A stretch of 64,000 nucleotides of DNA from a virus: IMG/VR virus record IMGVR_UViG_3300045988_154277. One strand, given 5' to 3'. Below are positions 28,166 to 38,573 of this stretch, piece after piece; position 1 is the first letter of the stretch, and each line of letters begins with the position of its first letter. A program made the position numbers and the translations under genes. The notes below the pieces were generated by a model. It was not told where the DNA came from. It was given only the letters and a program-made list of their open reading frames with translations, and made no database searches.

Positions 28166-29059
28166 TCAACTCTCCAGGTTGGAGTTGAGGATCTTGTGAC
28201 ACAGATCCAACCGGCTGTTCAACATCCTCAGGTGGTTTTCGATAGCTGAGGTGAAATCGATCCGTTTCAGAGCATCGTGCATGTAGATGGCTGTCAGCTC
28301 CATAAATCCCACATCATCGAGTTGGAAATCGGTGATGGAAACACCGTTGATCCGTACGGTTTCCACCTTGGTATGGAACTTCTGGGAAGTTCCATCGTAA
28401 CACACATAAACATTCAGAAGAACGGATTTGATGTGTGGATAAACACCGATGCCTGTCAGATCTACTTCAATTTCGTAGATCGGTGTTGGTGACTGATTGG
28501 GGACACCACTCAGATTGTAGATGATGTTGTTGATTTTGATCCTCTTCCTGAGAGCATCCGGAAGTTTGGTCACATCCTCTTGGTTGCATTCATTTTCTTT
28601 CATGGCAGCTATGCCTTTCTCTGGTTGTTCCATTTTGGTGTTCTTGTAATACTGAACGATTCTTTCAGCGATGTCTTCCAACAATTTGTTGAAGTCATAA
28701 TCTGTGTTGTTGATCGTTGTGTGATTCGTGACATAGTAAGGAGATCGTAAGAAGGTATCGTACGGTGTTTTGTCAATCGATAACCTCCATGTGATATTTG
28801 ACGTATCGATGTTACGTGGTGTATCACCTTCGATTCCTAAGAACCCGATGCGAACATCCACATCTTGGTTCATCTTTGTTGGAACATCGATCGATTGTGG
28901 CTGTTTGCGACCGACTGTGCTGTGTTGATAGACCAACATGTCTTTCTTGGTGGTATAGATCACATCTATGATAGTCTTGTTATAGGTGTGATCGTCGTTA
29001 TATTCCGTGTTCACAACCACGAACTTAATCGGTCCGTTATTCGGTTGGTAAGTTTTCAT
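28166..29059 (-). CDS. hypothetical protein (297 aa)
   Basis: Track ORF. Confidence 0.5.
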   Translation of the reverse strand: MKTYQPNNGPIKFVVVNTEYNDDHTYNKTIIDVIYTTKKDMLVYQHSTVGRKQPQSIDVPTKMNQDVDVRIGFLGIEGDTPRNIDTSNITWRLSIDKTPYDTFLRSPYYVTNHTTINNTDYDFNKLLEDIAERIVQYYKNTKMEQPEKGIAAMKENECNQEDVTKLPDALRKRIKINNIIYNLSGVPNQSPTPIYEIEVDLTGIGVYPHIKSVLLNVYVCYDGTSQKFHTKVETVRINGVSITDFQLDDVGFMELTAIYMHDALKRIDFTSAIENHLRMLNSRLDLCHKILNSNLES

Positions 29060-30002
29060 AATGATTCTCCTTAAATGGGTTTAACACTTCTACGCGATTG
29101 TACAGTTCGTTGATGTACGACGGATCTGTGATGCGAAGTACCGTGGGCGCATCTTGTTCGACAGTCTGTTTGGTTGGTGAACAAAGACGATCCAACATTC
29201 CGTATTGTGTGATGTAGGTGGCTTCGAAGAAGAGAACGTACAACTGTATCAGTGTCTTCGCAGACACTGATACATCTTTGTATGTCTCGAAGGTCGGCCC
29301 ATCGATTACATACGGACGGAACAGAGTGTTGATGAGATGCTTTGATTCTCCAGACAGAGAATTAGCTTCGATTCCACCCAGACTGAGTGGACTGATGCGG
29401 ATACAGTCTTTTTCGTAAGATACAAATACGGATCCGATAGTGATGTGCCGTAGTATCTGGCTTACAATACGGAAGTCCACATGTCCTCCATTCTTGGCAA
29501 ATCCAGCATCTTCAATCACCACGTGGAATGGTGTATGAAAGATCGTAAGATACGAATCCTTCGGGTTGGGCAGTATTGTGTTCAGCTCTCGTACATAGAT
29601 CGGAAGTTGATCGAACGGTATGCGATAATGAGCTTTGTGTTTTGCATCATATCCGTACTGTTCGATGAACTCTGCTGTTTTGTGAAACAGGTTGTTCAGT
29701 ATAGATGGTGTAACGAGTAAGTTTGGAAAAACAACATTGTCGAATGAACTGACATAACACAGATTATCACCTCTATCATTGTCGAGATACACATCGATAG
29801 CGATGAATGGAGCATTGGGTGCCGGTTGGACCTTCAGCAACATGATTCGACCGATTGTCAGCTCATTGGTTATGATGTCATACACACAAACCAATTCTTT
29901 CAGGTTCGGCATGAGTTGATGTTGTCTCAATGCATAAGTGTCGTTCTTAACGAACGTCACGTTTCCGACGACCATTTCGGTTGTCAATTCTACTTTAGTC
30001 AT
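29037..30002 (-). CDS. hypothetical protein (321 aa)
   Basis: Track ORF. Confidence 0.5.
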   Translation of the reverse strand: MTKVELTTEMVVGNVTFVKNDTYALRQHQLMPNLKELVCVYDIITNELTIGRIMLLKVQPAPNAPFIAIDVYLDNDRGDNLCYVSSFDNVVFPNLLVTPSILNNLFHKTAEFIEQYGYDAKHKAHYRIPFDQLPIYVRELNTILPNPKDSYLTIFHTPFHVVIEDAGFAKNGGHVDFRIVSQILRHITIGSVFVSYEKDCIRISPLSLGGIEANSLSGESKHLINTLFRPYVIDGPTFETYKDVSVSAKTLIQLYVLFFEATYITQYGMLDRLCSPTKQTVEQDAPTVLRITDPSYINELYNRVEVLNPFKENHYENLPTE

Positions 30003-30097
30003 GATTGTATCCTTCTTCGTTGTTAGTTGAAATAGAGTCTATAAGTGTACGGTATACCGTACACTTATAGTTCTCAGTTGGTTAGATTTCGTTGGGT

Positions 30098-31354
30098 CTA
30101 GTCAGTAGAGCACGGCTGTGTATTCTGCTGAAGATGTTGTAGGTACTGAAGGTGTGGAAGATACTTCAACGCGTTGTTGTATTGTTCGTGGAAGTTCTTG
30201 TTCCAAGCGACGGTATAGATCCGTGCGAGCTCGACAAGATCTTCACACTCTGAATCAGAACCAACAAGTTTGAAGCTTTCTCCTTCGTCTATCTCGGTAC
30301 CATTGATGCATTCGGCGAAGATGGTCCAACCATCTTGTCCTCTGTGGATCCGTATCCTTGCATTGTTGAGGTAATGTGGTGGAACCGCTCCATATGCTTC
30401 TTTTGGGATGACGTGATAAGTAAGAATGAATCCTTCCGATCCCCAAAATACACGAGGTATGATGGAGTCACATACCACCTGTATCGTGTAATCGATGTGA
30501 CTTTGTTTTTGGTTGGCTGTTTCTTTCGGTTGTTCTTGACGGACTTGTTTGGTCTTCTTGCGCTCCTTACGAACCTTCTTAGGTGTCTGCTTGAAGAACT
30601 CATCATAGAGTTCCTTTATAACAGCTTCAAGATGATCCTCGATGTTGGAGTATTCGTAACCACACTGCACGATCCAGTGTTTGAAAGTTCTTTCAGAATC
30701 AGGTATGATGGAAACTTCACCTGTGACGTAGTTGGCTGTTTCACCAAGCTTATCACGCGAGATGTTTCTCGTTATGACGACATGACCGATATATCGTGAT
30801 GTGCTTGTGAAGATTTCCCAGCGTGAAGATCTGCACTCGGCATTTTCTTCATCAAGACAAAGCGTGAAATCCTTCGTCTGTACACTGATGATCTTATCGC
30901 AGTCGTTACGTCTGTATCGATACTCCAGGTTGTCTTCAGCATCCGACTTCACCCTACCGTTTAACAACTTTTGAAGTTTAACACCTAGTTCATTAAGTGT
31001 CTTGGCATCGGTTGAGAATCCAGTGACAATCGTTATAAAGATTGCTCTTTGGAGTTCTGTATGAGGTAGATCAGACCGTTTATAGTGTACCAACGAATAG
31101 ATCCCTGCATCGTTAGTGATATATTCGATTTGCGATAATGGGTGATGAGTGGCGCAGTATATCTGTATCTCTCCATGTTTCTGGCCATTCTTGAACACAT
31201 CCCATACGACCTTTCGAAAAGTCTCCATAGCGGGTGTGTCACTGTAGTCGCCGGTCCACGGTTTCTGTACATAGCAGGATGAATTAATATTGATTGTAAA
31301 CACACCGTGTGTGAGTGTTACGATACAATCGTCTGGTGGTTGATTGGTAGTCAT
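30098..31354 (-). CDS. hypothetical protein (418 aa) with basic K/R-rich linker
   Basis: AGGAAGAAGAG SD. Internal KKVRKERKKTKQVRQEQPKE stretch. Confidence 0.5.
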   Translation of the reverse strand: MTTNQPPDDCIVTLTHGVFTININSSCYVQKPWTGDYSDTPAMETFRKVVWDVFKNGQKHGEIQIYCATHHPLSQIEYITNDAGIYSLVHYKRSDLPHTELQRAIFITIVTGFSTDAKTLNELGVKLQKLLNGRVKSDAEDNLEYRYRRNDCDKIISVQTKDFTLCLDEENAECRSSRWEIFTSTSRYIGHVVITRNISRDKLGETANYVTGEVSIIPDSERTFKHWIVQCGYEYSNIEDHLEAVIKELYDEFFKQTPKKVRKERKKTKQVRQEQPKETANQKQSHIDYTIQVVCDSIIPRVFWGSEGFILTYHVIPKEAYGAVPPHYLNNARIRIHRGQDGWTIFAECINGTEIDEGESFKLVGSDSECEDLVELARIYTVAWNKNFHEQYNNALKYLPHLQYLQHLQQNTQPCSTD

Positions 31355-31356
31355 AG

Positions 31357-31524
31357 TTACTCTTCTTCCTTCTGAGGTAAATACTGATCACAGTGGTAGT
31401 TGCGTTTAACCACGTGATGGTTCAATTGACAACGTACAACCTCGTGGTGGTTGTACCGAACAACCACCCTGTGCACGCAGTTGCGGCAACAGGGTGTGTG
31501 ATGTACTGGATGCAATTCGTTCAT
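31357..31524 (-). CDS. possible Cys/His-rich mini-protein (55 aa) missing from the ORF track (<60 aa)
   Basis: MNELHPVHHTPCCRNCVHRVVVRYNHHEVVRCQLNHHVVKRNYHCDQYLPQKEEE. ATG lies 2 nt after the upstream TGA stop. Its stop overlaps the SD of the next gene. No SD of its own. Confidence 0.25.
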   Translation of the reverse strand: MNELHPVHHTPCCRNCVHRVVVRYNHHEVVRCQLNHHVVKRNYHCDQYLPQKEEE

Positions 31525-31526
31525 CG

Positions 31527-32447
31527 TCACCGAACAGGTTCGATGTTCTTCAGAGTTTCCATGATGTCTTCTGCCGTTGGCATCGTATCATGGAACTTCT
31601 TCAACCTGGAAGTAGCGTTCTCCACCACGAGGTTCAGCTCTTCCAGAGTCAAACTGTCTGTATCCGTCACCCAGTCAGCGACGTAATAGAGTCGTCTGGA
31701 TCCTTCGATCATGCCGAAGAGGATCGGATCTCTCTTCTTGATCACGGCTTTGTCCAGTTCCGCTACTTTGAAAGCTTCCAAGTTGGGATCGTAGTGTGCG
31801 ATACAGTAGTTATCGAACACCTTCAGTTTGTCCATCTTGTCTTTCTTCTCAGCAACAGGGAACGGAATCAACCCAGTGTAGTTCCTTATGAAGTCGATCC
31901 GAACACCTTTCTTACATTTCAGGAAGAACTCAACCATCTTCTCTTCTGAGACGTATTCAAGATATCCATTCTTGACCAACGTCATCTCACCGACAAGTGC
32001 GTTGAGTTTCTTCTTCAGCTCTTCCACAAGAGCTGTCTGACCATTTTGAGCAGCACGGTTCGCCAATCGAGTTACCACTTCGACCATAGCTTTGGTGTCA
32101 TCAGACAATGCACCTTTGGCATTCTTGATCTTGTCGAAGGTCGTCTCAACAGGATCTTTCTGTCTCTCGATGAAGAGGTCGATAATCCGATCGAAGAACT
32201 TCCTTTTGATCGTCTTGGTAACCGATTTGATATACTGCTCGTTGTTCCAGAAATCAGGGTTCGATTGGAACGATGATGCATTAGTGGCCATGGAATCCAA
32301 CAATGAATTGGTATCCATGTCGATGGCGGAGGTGGACTCTTCTCTGTACTTCGGCAAAGTCAGTTCCTTGTAGAAGTACTGGAAGATCTTAAGTCTTGGT
32401 TTTCCCATGCTTGTTTCGATGCATGGATGTTTGGTGTACTGTGTCAT
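31527..32447 (-). CDS. hypothetical protein (306 aa)
   Basis: Track ORF. Confidence 0.5.
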   Translation of the reverse strand: MTQYTKHPCIETSMGKPRLKIFQYFYKELTLPKYREESTSAIDMDTNSLLDSMATNASSFQSNPDFWNNEQYIKSVTKTIKRKFFDRIIDLFIERQKDPVETTFDKIKNAKGALSDDTKAMVEVVTRLANRAAQNGQTALVEELKKKLNALVGEMTLVKNGYLEYVSEEKMVEFFLKCKKGVRIDFIRNYTGLIPFPVAEKKDKMDKLKVFDNYCIAHYDPNLEAFKVAELDKAVIKKRDPILFGMIEGSRRLYYVADWVTDTDSLTLEELNLVVENATSRLKKFHDTMPTAEDIMETLKNIEPVR

Positions 32448-32449
32448 GA

Positions 32450-32665
32450 TTATTCCTCTTTTGTTTTAGGTGGCATAGGAGCTTCACAACAGATATCAAT
32501 CACTCCAGAAACAGACGTATCAACGTATACCACAGGGATTCGATCACATCCTGTATAAACAGGTTCTGGTGTTTGACTGTTGATCCACACAGCGAGTGGA
32601 AGATCTTGATTCTCTACTTTCTTTAGAAGTTCGATGACTTCTCTAACGGTTAGTTGTTTGTGCAT
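32450..32665 (-). CDS. hypothetical protein (71 aa)
   Basis: Track ORF, tightly packed between neighbours. Confidence 0.4.
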   Translation of the reverse strand: MHKQLTVREVIELLKKVENQDLPLAVWINSQTPEPVYTGCDRIPVVYVDTSVSGVIDICCEAPMPPKTKEE

Positions 32666-32952
32666 GATACCTCCTTAAGCAGTTGTTCTACTGCTTTTTG
32701 AATGTACGGCAACGCAGCTTTTCCATAGTCGTTCGGCTCAGAGAGTTTCTCCTCTTCAAAGCGGATGACAACACCGGTATGTCCGATGTATTGATCCCCT
32801 TTGAACACGTCAATCTTGGCATAGCCTGTACTAGCATCTACCAAGCTGATAAATGTAGTAGCCAGGATGTCGTCTTGATACCCAACATCAACAAGTAAGT
32901 CAGGTGTGTTGTTCACATGACATCTCATCTTTTTAGCAGTCAGCCTCATCAT
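32650..32952 (-). CDS. hypothetical protein (100 aa)
   Basis: Track ORF. Confidence 0.4.
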   Translation of the reverse strand: MMRLTAKKMRCHVNNTPDLLVDVGYQDDILATTFISLVDASTGYAKIDVFKGDQYIGHTGVVIRFEEEKLSEPNDYGKAALPYIQKAVEQLLKEVSCTNN

Positions 32953-33997
32953 CTTCTTCTCCTATGATAATGTATTCGTCGTCTTTGGTATCCATCAGAG
33001 ACTGATACGTCTCGACCCGCTCGATCGCTGCTGCGATCTGCTGGATCAGGATAGCATCACGCTGTTCTTCCGGTGTATGCTGTATCAAGCTGATCACCCG
33101 TTCCACGGAAGGATAGTCCTGCAGAACTTGTCCTTGTGCATGGATCCGTTCTGTGATCAGTTGTGTGAGGTTGTCAAAAGCCTCGAGTCTCTGTTCTGGT
33201 TCCCAATCGTTCAAGATCAGACACAACCTCATGAAGAAATCCAACGTGATATCTTCATGTTGTTGTTCTATGTAACTCGTGATGGGAGCGGTATCGTCCG
33301 TATCAGTACCAACACTTGCGGCATGTTTGTAGAGGTTGTACTCACGGGTGATGTTCTCCATCGCCAGTTCGTTGTATTTGTTGAAGACTGGAGTGAGGAA
33401 CAGTCCAGATGAAGCAGTAGCGTCCATCAACATATTAAGGAACTTAAGACGACCTTCATTGTATTTTTGAGCATCAAGGGAACCGAACTCATTCCGCAAC
33501 GGTTCTCTATTCATCACCATCACGGCATACGATGCGAATGAGATATAGTCCAGATCGTGGAGCAGAGCCCAACTGGGATGTTGCTTGATCTGATTAAGAT
33601 CATATCCGATCTTGGTGCTGTTGATCATAGCAGAGACATCACAAATGAAGTCGGGTGATATATTATCAACGTTCTTTGCATACTGCTCCCATTCAACTGC
33701 GGATTTCTGTTCGTTGCATGAATCTCCCGGGATGTACACAACATCATGCCAGCAGATCGCAACGAGTACTTTCGCCAGGTCTTCTACCGTCAGTTCATCC
33801 TGGAAGAACTTTCGGTTATCTGGGTTCTTGTACTCCGCATCGAGAACTTGCAACATAGTCTCGACATGTTGCACGGTGTGGTACTTCGTTTTGTCAGTGG
33901 ACATCCGACTGACACCAGCATCCATCCACTGATGGATGTCAGGATACTCTTTGACTGTCAAGTCAATGACTGTATTGTTGGAAATGATTGGGTGCAT
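32933..33997 (-). CDS. hypothetical protein (354 aa)
   Basis: CAGGAGGTAGTATT SD. TATATATTAC motif ~45 nt upstream. Confidence 0.5.
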   Translation of the reverse strand: MHPIISNNTVIDLTVKEYPDIHQWMDAGVSRMSTDKTKYHTVQHVETMLQVLDAEYKNPDNRKFFQDELTVEDLAKVLVAICWHDVVYIPGDSCNEQKSAVEWEQYAKNVDNISPDFICDVSAMINSTKIGYDLNQIKQHPSWALLHDLDYISFASYAVMVMNREPLRNEFGSLDAQKYNEGRLKFLNMLMDATASSGLFLTPVFNKYNELAMENITREYNLYKHAASVGTDTDDTAPITSYIEQQHEDITLDFFMRLCLILNDWEPEQRLEAFDNLTQLITERIHAQGQVLQDYPSVERVISLIQHTPEEQRDAILIQQIAAAIERVETYQSLMDTKDDEYIIIGEEDDEADC

Positions 33998-34038
33998 AAT
34001 ACTACCTCCTGTTGATATAGTTTGTTGGTTCGTTACTA

Positions 34039-34050
34039 GGTAATATATAC
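34039..34050 (-). promoter_or_regulatory. TATATATTAC promoter motif
   Basis: Plus GGTAATATATAC upstream of the gene starting at 33997. Confidence 0.5.
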
Positions 34051-34105
34051 GTGAAAGAACATAGAACTACACTAGATTGGGATATCCCAATCTAGTGTAG
34101 ATATG

Positions 34106-35146
34106 TCATTTCTTCTCAGTATCAGGGGTTGGTTGTTCTTCAGGTTGAGCTTCCTGTTGTGGTTGTTCTTCCTGCGTAGCAACACTGTAGCCCTGTGCTT
34201 TCTTGGCGATCTCAGTAACCAACCTACGGAACCGTTGTTCCACAGATTTCAGGTACTTGATATCGTTGAAGATGATCCTGGTGTACACGAATACAGCTTG
34301 TGATTCAACGGTAGGTCCAGCATCATTACGGAACCTGTTGTTCGTAAGACCAGAGACCAGTTTACGAGTCTCCTTACTTACAGTTTTCAGGTTGGTAAGA
34401 ACACTGTTGCCTGCTTGCATACAAGATTTGATCTTGCTATCCACTTCTACGAACCTATCGTACGACGTGAATCCAAGCGTCTGTAGGGAAGACATCTTGC
34501 GTTGACGATCTTCGTAGGGTGTTTGATAGTTGGGACCAACCTTCATACCACCCGCTGGAACTTTTGAGTTGAACCTCTGCAGATATGTTGCACGTAAGCT
34601 ATCGATCGGAGCCGTTGGGAGAGACGGTTTCACCACATCATCGTACGTTACCTCGAAGTGTTTCTGCACGATCTCACACGTCTTGATAAAGCGAGAAGCA
34701 GAGGTCGAATGGAACTTCTCATTCTGCATCGACTCGACTTTGTCTTTGATGAACGCGAGTTGCTTCGTGTAGGAACGTTGACTACGAGAGAAGAACGCTT
34801 CTGCGAAATCCAACACCTTGGAGACGATCGTCTGCAGAGCGTGAATGAACGCAGTGATCCCTTTCTTCACAACACCACCGATTTCGCGAGCGGTTACTTC
34901 GATACCATACTGCGCAAGTGTATTACCGTAAAGAGACTCCACAGAACGAGTATACCCGTACTTCTGGATCACAGTATCGAGTATGGTGAGATGCTCGATC
35001 GAGTGCAAGATCTCTTCTGCTGTTCGGATCGCGTCTTCTGCTTCATTTATGGTGCTAACGAGCATACACTCAGCAGCGATCGCGTCCTCGATTGAGAAGA
35101 GATGGTCGTTCTTGGACGGAACGAGATTTTCAAATCCAAAACGCAT
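34106..35146 (-). CDS. paralog-family protein D (candidate inner-body/virion protein)
   Basis: MRFGFENLVPSKNDHLFSIEDAIAAECMLV...VIQKYGYTRSVESLYGN, family signature. Q/E/P-rich C-terminal tail. Confidence 0.55.
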   Translation of the reverse strand: MRFGFENLVPSKNDHLFSIEDAIAAECMLVSTINEAEDAIRTAEEILHSIEHLTILDTVIQKYGYTRSVESLYGNTLAQYGIEVTAREIGGVVKKGITAFIHALQTIVSKVLDFAEAFFSRSQRSYTKQLAFIKDKVESMQNEKFHSTSASRFIKTCEIVQKHFEVTYDDVVKPSLPTAPIDSLRATYLQRFNSKVPAGGMKVGPNYQTPYEDRQRKMSSLQTLGFTSYDRFVEVDSKIKSCMQAGNSVLTNLKTVSKETRKLVSGLTNNRFRNDAGPTVESQAVFVYTRIIFNDIKYLKSVEQRFRRLVTEIAKKAQGYSVATQEEQPQQEAQPEEQPTPDTEKK

Positions 35147-35228
35147 ATCGATCCTTCTTGTTTAAAACTAGACATAGGAGGAGGAACAAGACCTCCTCCT
35201 ATGTCAAAGTTCATATAAGAGTTACAGC

Positions 35229-35969
35229 TTACTTAGCCGCGTTCTCTTCCGGAGCAGCTTGGTCAGCATTCTTGTCTTTCGACTTGTCGGCACCACCTGC
35301 ACGCTTCGCGGCAGCGATGAACGAGTTGGCAACTCGGATGACGTTTCTGTCGTCCTCGACCGCCTTCTTGATGGCATCACGCAGCTGTTGAATGTATTCA
35401 TCAGTAGCTGCATTCTGCGCTTCTTTGAGCTGATCTTCAAGTTGACTTTTTGTCTTCCCAAGTTCATTGACAGCCTGCTTCAGTTTATTGAGAGCAGCCG
35501 TGAACTTACCTTCATCGGTAATCTTACCATCGATCACAGATCCGCCTTTGATTTCGAACGGACCTTTGAACTTCAGCGAGTTCAGAGCAGAAGCAGTACG
35601 TTCTTTCTGGTTGAAGAGCCATTTGAAGAAATTCGTAACTTTCGCCCAAAGATCCTTCAGGATCTGCTTGATCTTCTGACCGAGACCCTTCTTGGCCTCT
35701 TCGTTCTCAGCTTCCATAGAAGCGGCGCTGCTGAAGTTCTCTCCATAGAGAGCTTCCAGAGAACGAGTCACGCCATATTTCTTGATGCACTTGCTGATGG
35801 CGTTGACGTTGTCATAAGTGCGAACCGTAGCGGTGAGTTCATGACACAGATCCAGGACATCGGAAGCAGCCTGATTGAACTGGATCAGAGAATCCAGGTA
35901 CTCATACGAAAGTTCACCAGAAGCTTTCGGAGCCATGCCCAGATTTTCAAAACCAAGATTGATACCCAT
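35229..35969 (-). CDS. paralog-family protein E (candidate inner-body/virion protein)
   Basis: MGINLGFENLGMAPKASGELSYEYLDSLIQF...CIKKYGVTRSLEALYGEN, family signature. Confidence 0.55.
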   Translation of the reverse strand: MGINLGFENLGMAPKASGELSYEYLDSLIQFNQAASDVLDLCHELTATVRTYDNVNAISKCIKKYGVTRSLEALYGENFSSAASMEAENEEAKKGLGQKIKQILKDLWAKVTNFFKWLFNQKERTASALNSLKFKGPFEIKGGSVIDGKITDEGKFTAALNKLKQAVNELGKTKSQLEDQLKEAQNAATDEYIQQLRDAIKKAVEDDRNVIRVANSFIAAAKRAGGADKSKDKNADQAAPEENAAK

Positions 35970-36123
35970 GAGTATTCACTCCTGTAAAGATGTTTGTACG
36001 TACATTTGCGAGATGATCATCACACACAAGAAGTCAAATGTAGTCTGAAGAGATAGACATACACGTAACCTCAACACATATGATGTCACCGTGAGACATG
36101 TTACAACTACACACTGTCTTGGT

Positions 36124-37083
36124 TTAGGAGTCCGTATCCATGAGACCGTACGGATCATTCGTCGCCACATCAAGATCTGATGCTGTGGTCGTAATGTCCT
36201 TTTCTGATACATTGCGTGTCTTGAAGTACCGGTAGTCCCACGTTACTTCCTGAAGCTTCTTGTACAGTACATTCAGGATCTTCTTAACACAGTTGTAGTA
36301 CCGTGTATCATCTGTTGTCAGTTCAAACTCTTGCATACACAGCGTGACAAGACGATACGTGTCGTGTTTACAAATGTATGTGTCTCGATTCCACACGGGG
36401 TAGTTTGCATTCAGAAACTCACAACAAGTACAATACTTATCTTCCGTGTAAGTATCCGGATCTTGTAAGTAACGTGTCAATGCTCTGTTGTATAGCGTCT
36501 TATAGAACTTATCGACAACATGGTTGATCGCGGTTGTGTAAAGGGCATGCTCTTTTTGGAACCCTTTATCGGTCGCTTCTTGTTCGTCTTTGAACGTATC
36601 AATGCGAGCATCTGCACAACAACCAAATATCTTCTTGATGATACCAGGTTCTGCGATGTGTTGTGTGCAAAGATCCATCACCCATTCAGGTAGCGGGTGA
36701 AACGCAGGTTGTTGTAGTGACTTTTGATTGGGTTCGTAGAACGATTTGGCGATACTTTCTACGGTGTATGGTATACAGTCGGGGTTGTCGATATGACATG
36801 TTCTAACCCAAGGGTCGCTGTTTTTATGTAGCCGATACATGATCTGGTCAACTACTGCTTCGTAGTTGATTTGCTCCGGTACAGGGATGATCTCTTTGAG
36901 AAACGTTATCAGAGTGTTTCGAAAGTTAGCGTCTACGGACGCTGGTATCTTGACATACCCATAGTTTCTCCAGACACTGTTCGCAAGTGGTTGGATCAAC
37001 CCGTCGATGGTTGCTTGGAATTCTTCTCTTGTTACGATGTTGTTCTCCATAATGCTCCTCTTGTCATCTGTTGAATATCCCAA
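36124..37083 (-). CDS. hypothetical Cys-containing protein (319 aa)
   Basis: Track ORF. Confidence 0.5.
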   Translation of the reverse strand: MGYSTDDKRSIMENNIVTREEFQATIDGLIQPLANSVWRNYGYVKIPASVDANFRNTLITFLKEIIPVPEQINYEAVVDQIMYRLHKNSDPWVRTCHIDNPDCIPYTVESIAKSFYEPNQKSLQQPAFHPLPEWVMDLCTQHIAEPGIIKKIFGCCADARIDTFKDEQEATDKGFQKEHALYTTAINHVVDKFYKTLYNRALTRYLQDPDTYTEDKYCTCCEFLNANYPVWNRDTYICKHDTYRLVTLCMQEFELTTDDTRYYNCVKKILNVLYKKLQEVTWDYRYFKTRNVSEKDITTTASDLDVATNDPYGLMDTDS

Positions 37084-37453
37084 ATCTTCTCTTGATCTTC
37101 ACTTTCACCGTTACCTTGGATAACCCAACCAAGTACATTTTGAAGTAGGGTTCTCCGTAGTTGCAGCAATCTCTGTTATGTTTGTTGATCTCTTCTACTA
37201 CACCAAGTGCAGCTCCCATCTGTTTTAACAGACTGTAATTCACGACACGAAGAGATACGTTCAGACTGTACTCCAACACCTTGTCGTGATACATCTCCTC
37301 CACACATCGACGATATGCATCGTGAACGAGGTCGTAGATACATCTGGTGATCTCATCACTTGGGTTCTTCGCATTCTTGATGCGGATCGACATGTTCTTC
37401 AATTGTTCTTCTTGTTTCTGGTAAACAAGATCGTAAAGTTGTTTGGCATCCAT
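37064..37453 (-). CDS. hypothetical protein (~129 aa), start moved to internal ATG
   Basis: AAAGGAATTAGAAACA precedes ATG (MDAKQLYDLV...). The track start is a TTG with no SD. Confidence 0.45.
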   Translation of the reverse strand: MDAKQLYDLVYQKQEEQLKNMSIRIKNAKNPSDEITRCIYDLVHDAYRRCVEEMYHDKVLEYSLNVSLRVVNYSLLKQMGAALGVVEEINKHNRDCCNYGEPYFKMYLVGLSKVTVKVKIKRRFGIFNR

Positions 37454-37637
37454 TGTTTCTAATTCCTTTCTACGTATGCATGCTATGATCACTTGACATT
37501 CAATATATTTAACCAATCTAACATGAGGTGTAAGATGGCTTTCAAAAGACGTAAGATCCAACTGGATCCAGAGATGAAACAGAGGATGGAAAGTAGCAGT
37601 AGGAACATTTTCGAAGTGTTCTACTCTGCGACGACTA

Positions 37638-37645
37638 CCCCCCCC
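37638..37645. repeat. homopolymeric C8 tract in intergenic region upstream of tail-fibre-like gene
   Basis: GACTACCCCCCCCAGGTG. Confidence 0.5.
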
Positions 37646-37754
37646 AGGTGCGTTCCCACTTTGGACAGGTGAGTGGATCCTGAACTGTGCGGGTACTTAC
37701 CCAACATTCTACCAGAAAGCAGTAGAATATCAATCCAAAGGTACGATCCGTGCT

Positions 37755-38573
37755 GTGAGCAATGCTGATTATGAATCAGACTTAACTATATATGGAGAGT
37801 GTGGCGCATTCGTAATCCAAGGGAATGACATCCGTTTACCTAAGATCACTTCGTATGTGAAATCATGCAATCTCAAAAGCGACATCGGTGTTACACTACC
37901 TCCTGGTCTTCCTAACATCACAGGTACATTCGGTGGTATTTCCAGAAGGACAGATGCCGGATGGATCCACCCGAGTGGAGCGTTGAGTTTGATCAGAGAA
38001 CCTTTTGGTTGGGGTCCCGCCGGTAGTGATCCAACTTACGCTGGAGAACTTCAGTTCAACGCTAACGCATCGAACAGCATCTATGGAGCATCGGGTACCG
38101 TACAGCCTCCTTCTGTTCAGTTAGCGGCTTACATCCAAGTGTATCACGGAGTATCGGACCAATCTCTCGTCAACATCGGTGAACTCACCAACCAGATCTC
38201 TCAGTTATCTGCGAAAGTAACAGAACTCACCAGACAGTTGGATACCTACAAATCGAACAACTTCGGTGCTCCTGATCATAGCAATCGTGTTGTGTTGACT
38301 CCTGAAACATCGGCAACAGAACTATCATACACTCCGAATGTGAATGGATATATCTCGGGATACTTCATGCGAAAGGACGACGGAGCAACCCAGATCGACC
38401 TGATTGTAAATGGAGTTACCTATAGCAACTGGTCGAGACCTGGTTCGTATTACGTGAATGGTCACATGTCCGTACTGATGCCTGTGAAAGCAGGACAGAC
38501 GGTCGTTGTAAGAAGAGTCAGTGGTAATTGGAACAACAGGCTCAACTGGTTGTACTTCATCCCGTGTGCTTAA
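37755..38573 (+). CDS. tail-fibre-like protein (272 aa)
   Basis: Gly/Ser/Asn-rich with a central coiled-coil-like NIGELTNQISQLSAKVTELTRQL, composition typical of phage fibres. Start codon uncertain (GTG, no SD). Confidence 0.4.
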   Translation: MSNADYESDLTIYGECGAFVIQGNDIRLPKITSYVKSCNLKSDIGVTLPPGLPNITGTFGGISRRTDAGWIHPSGALSLIREPFGWGPAGSDPTYAGELQFNANASNSIYGASGTVQPPSVQLAAYIQVYHGVSDQSLVNIGELTNQISQLSAKVTELTRQLDTYKSNNFGAPDHSNRVVLTPETSATELSYTPNVNGYISGYFMRKDDGATQIDLIVNGVTYSNWSRPGSYYVNGHMSVLMPVKAGQTVVVRRVSGNWNNRLNWLYFIPCA

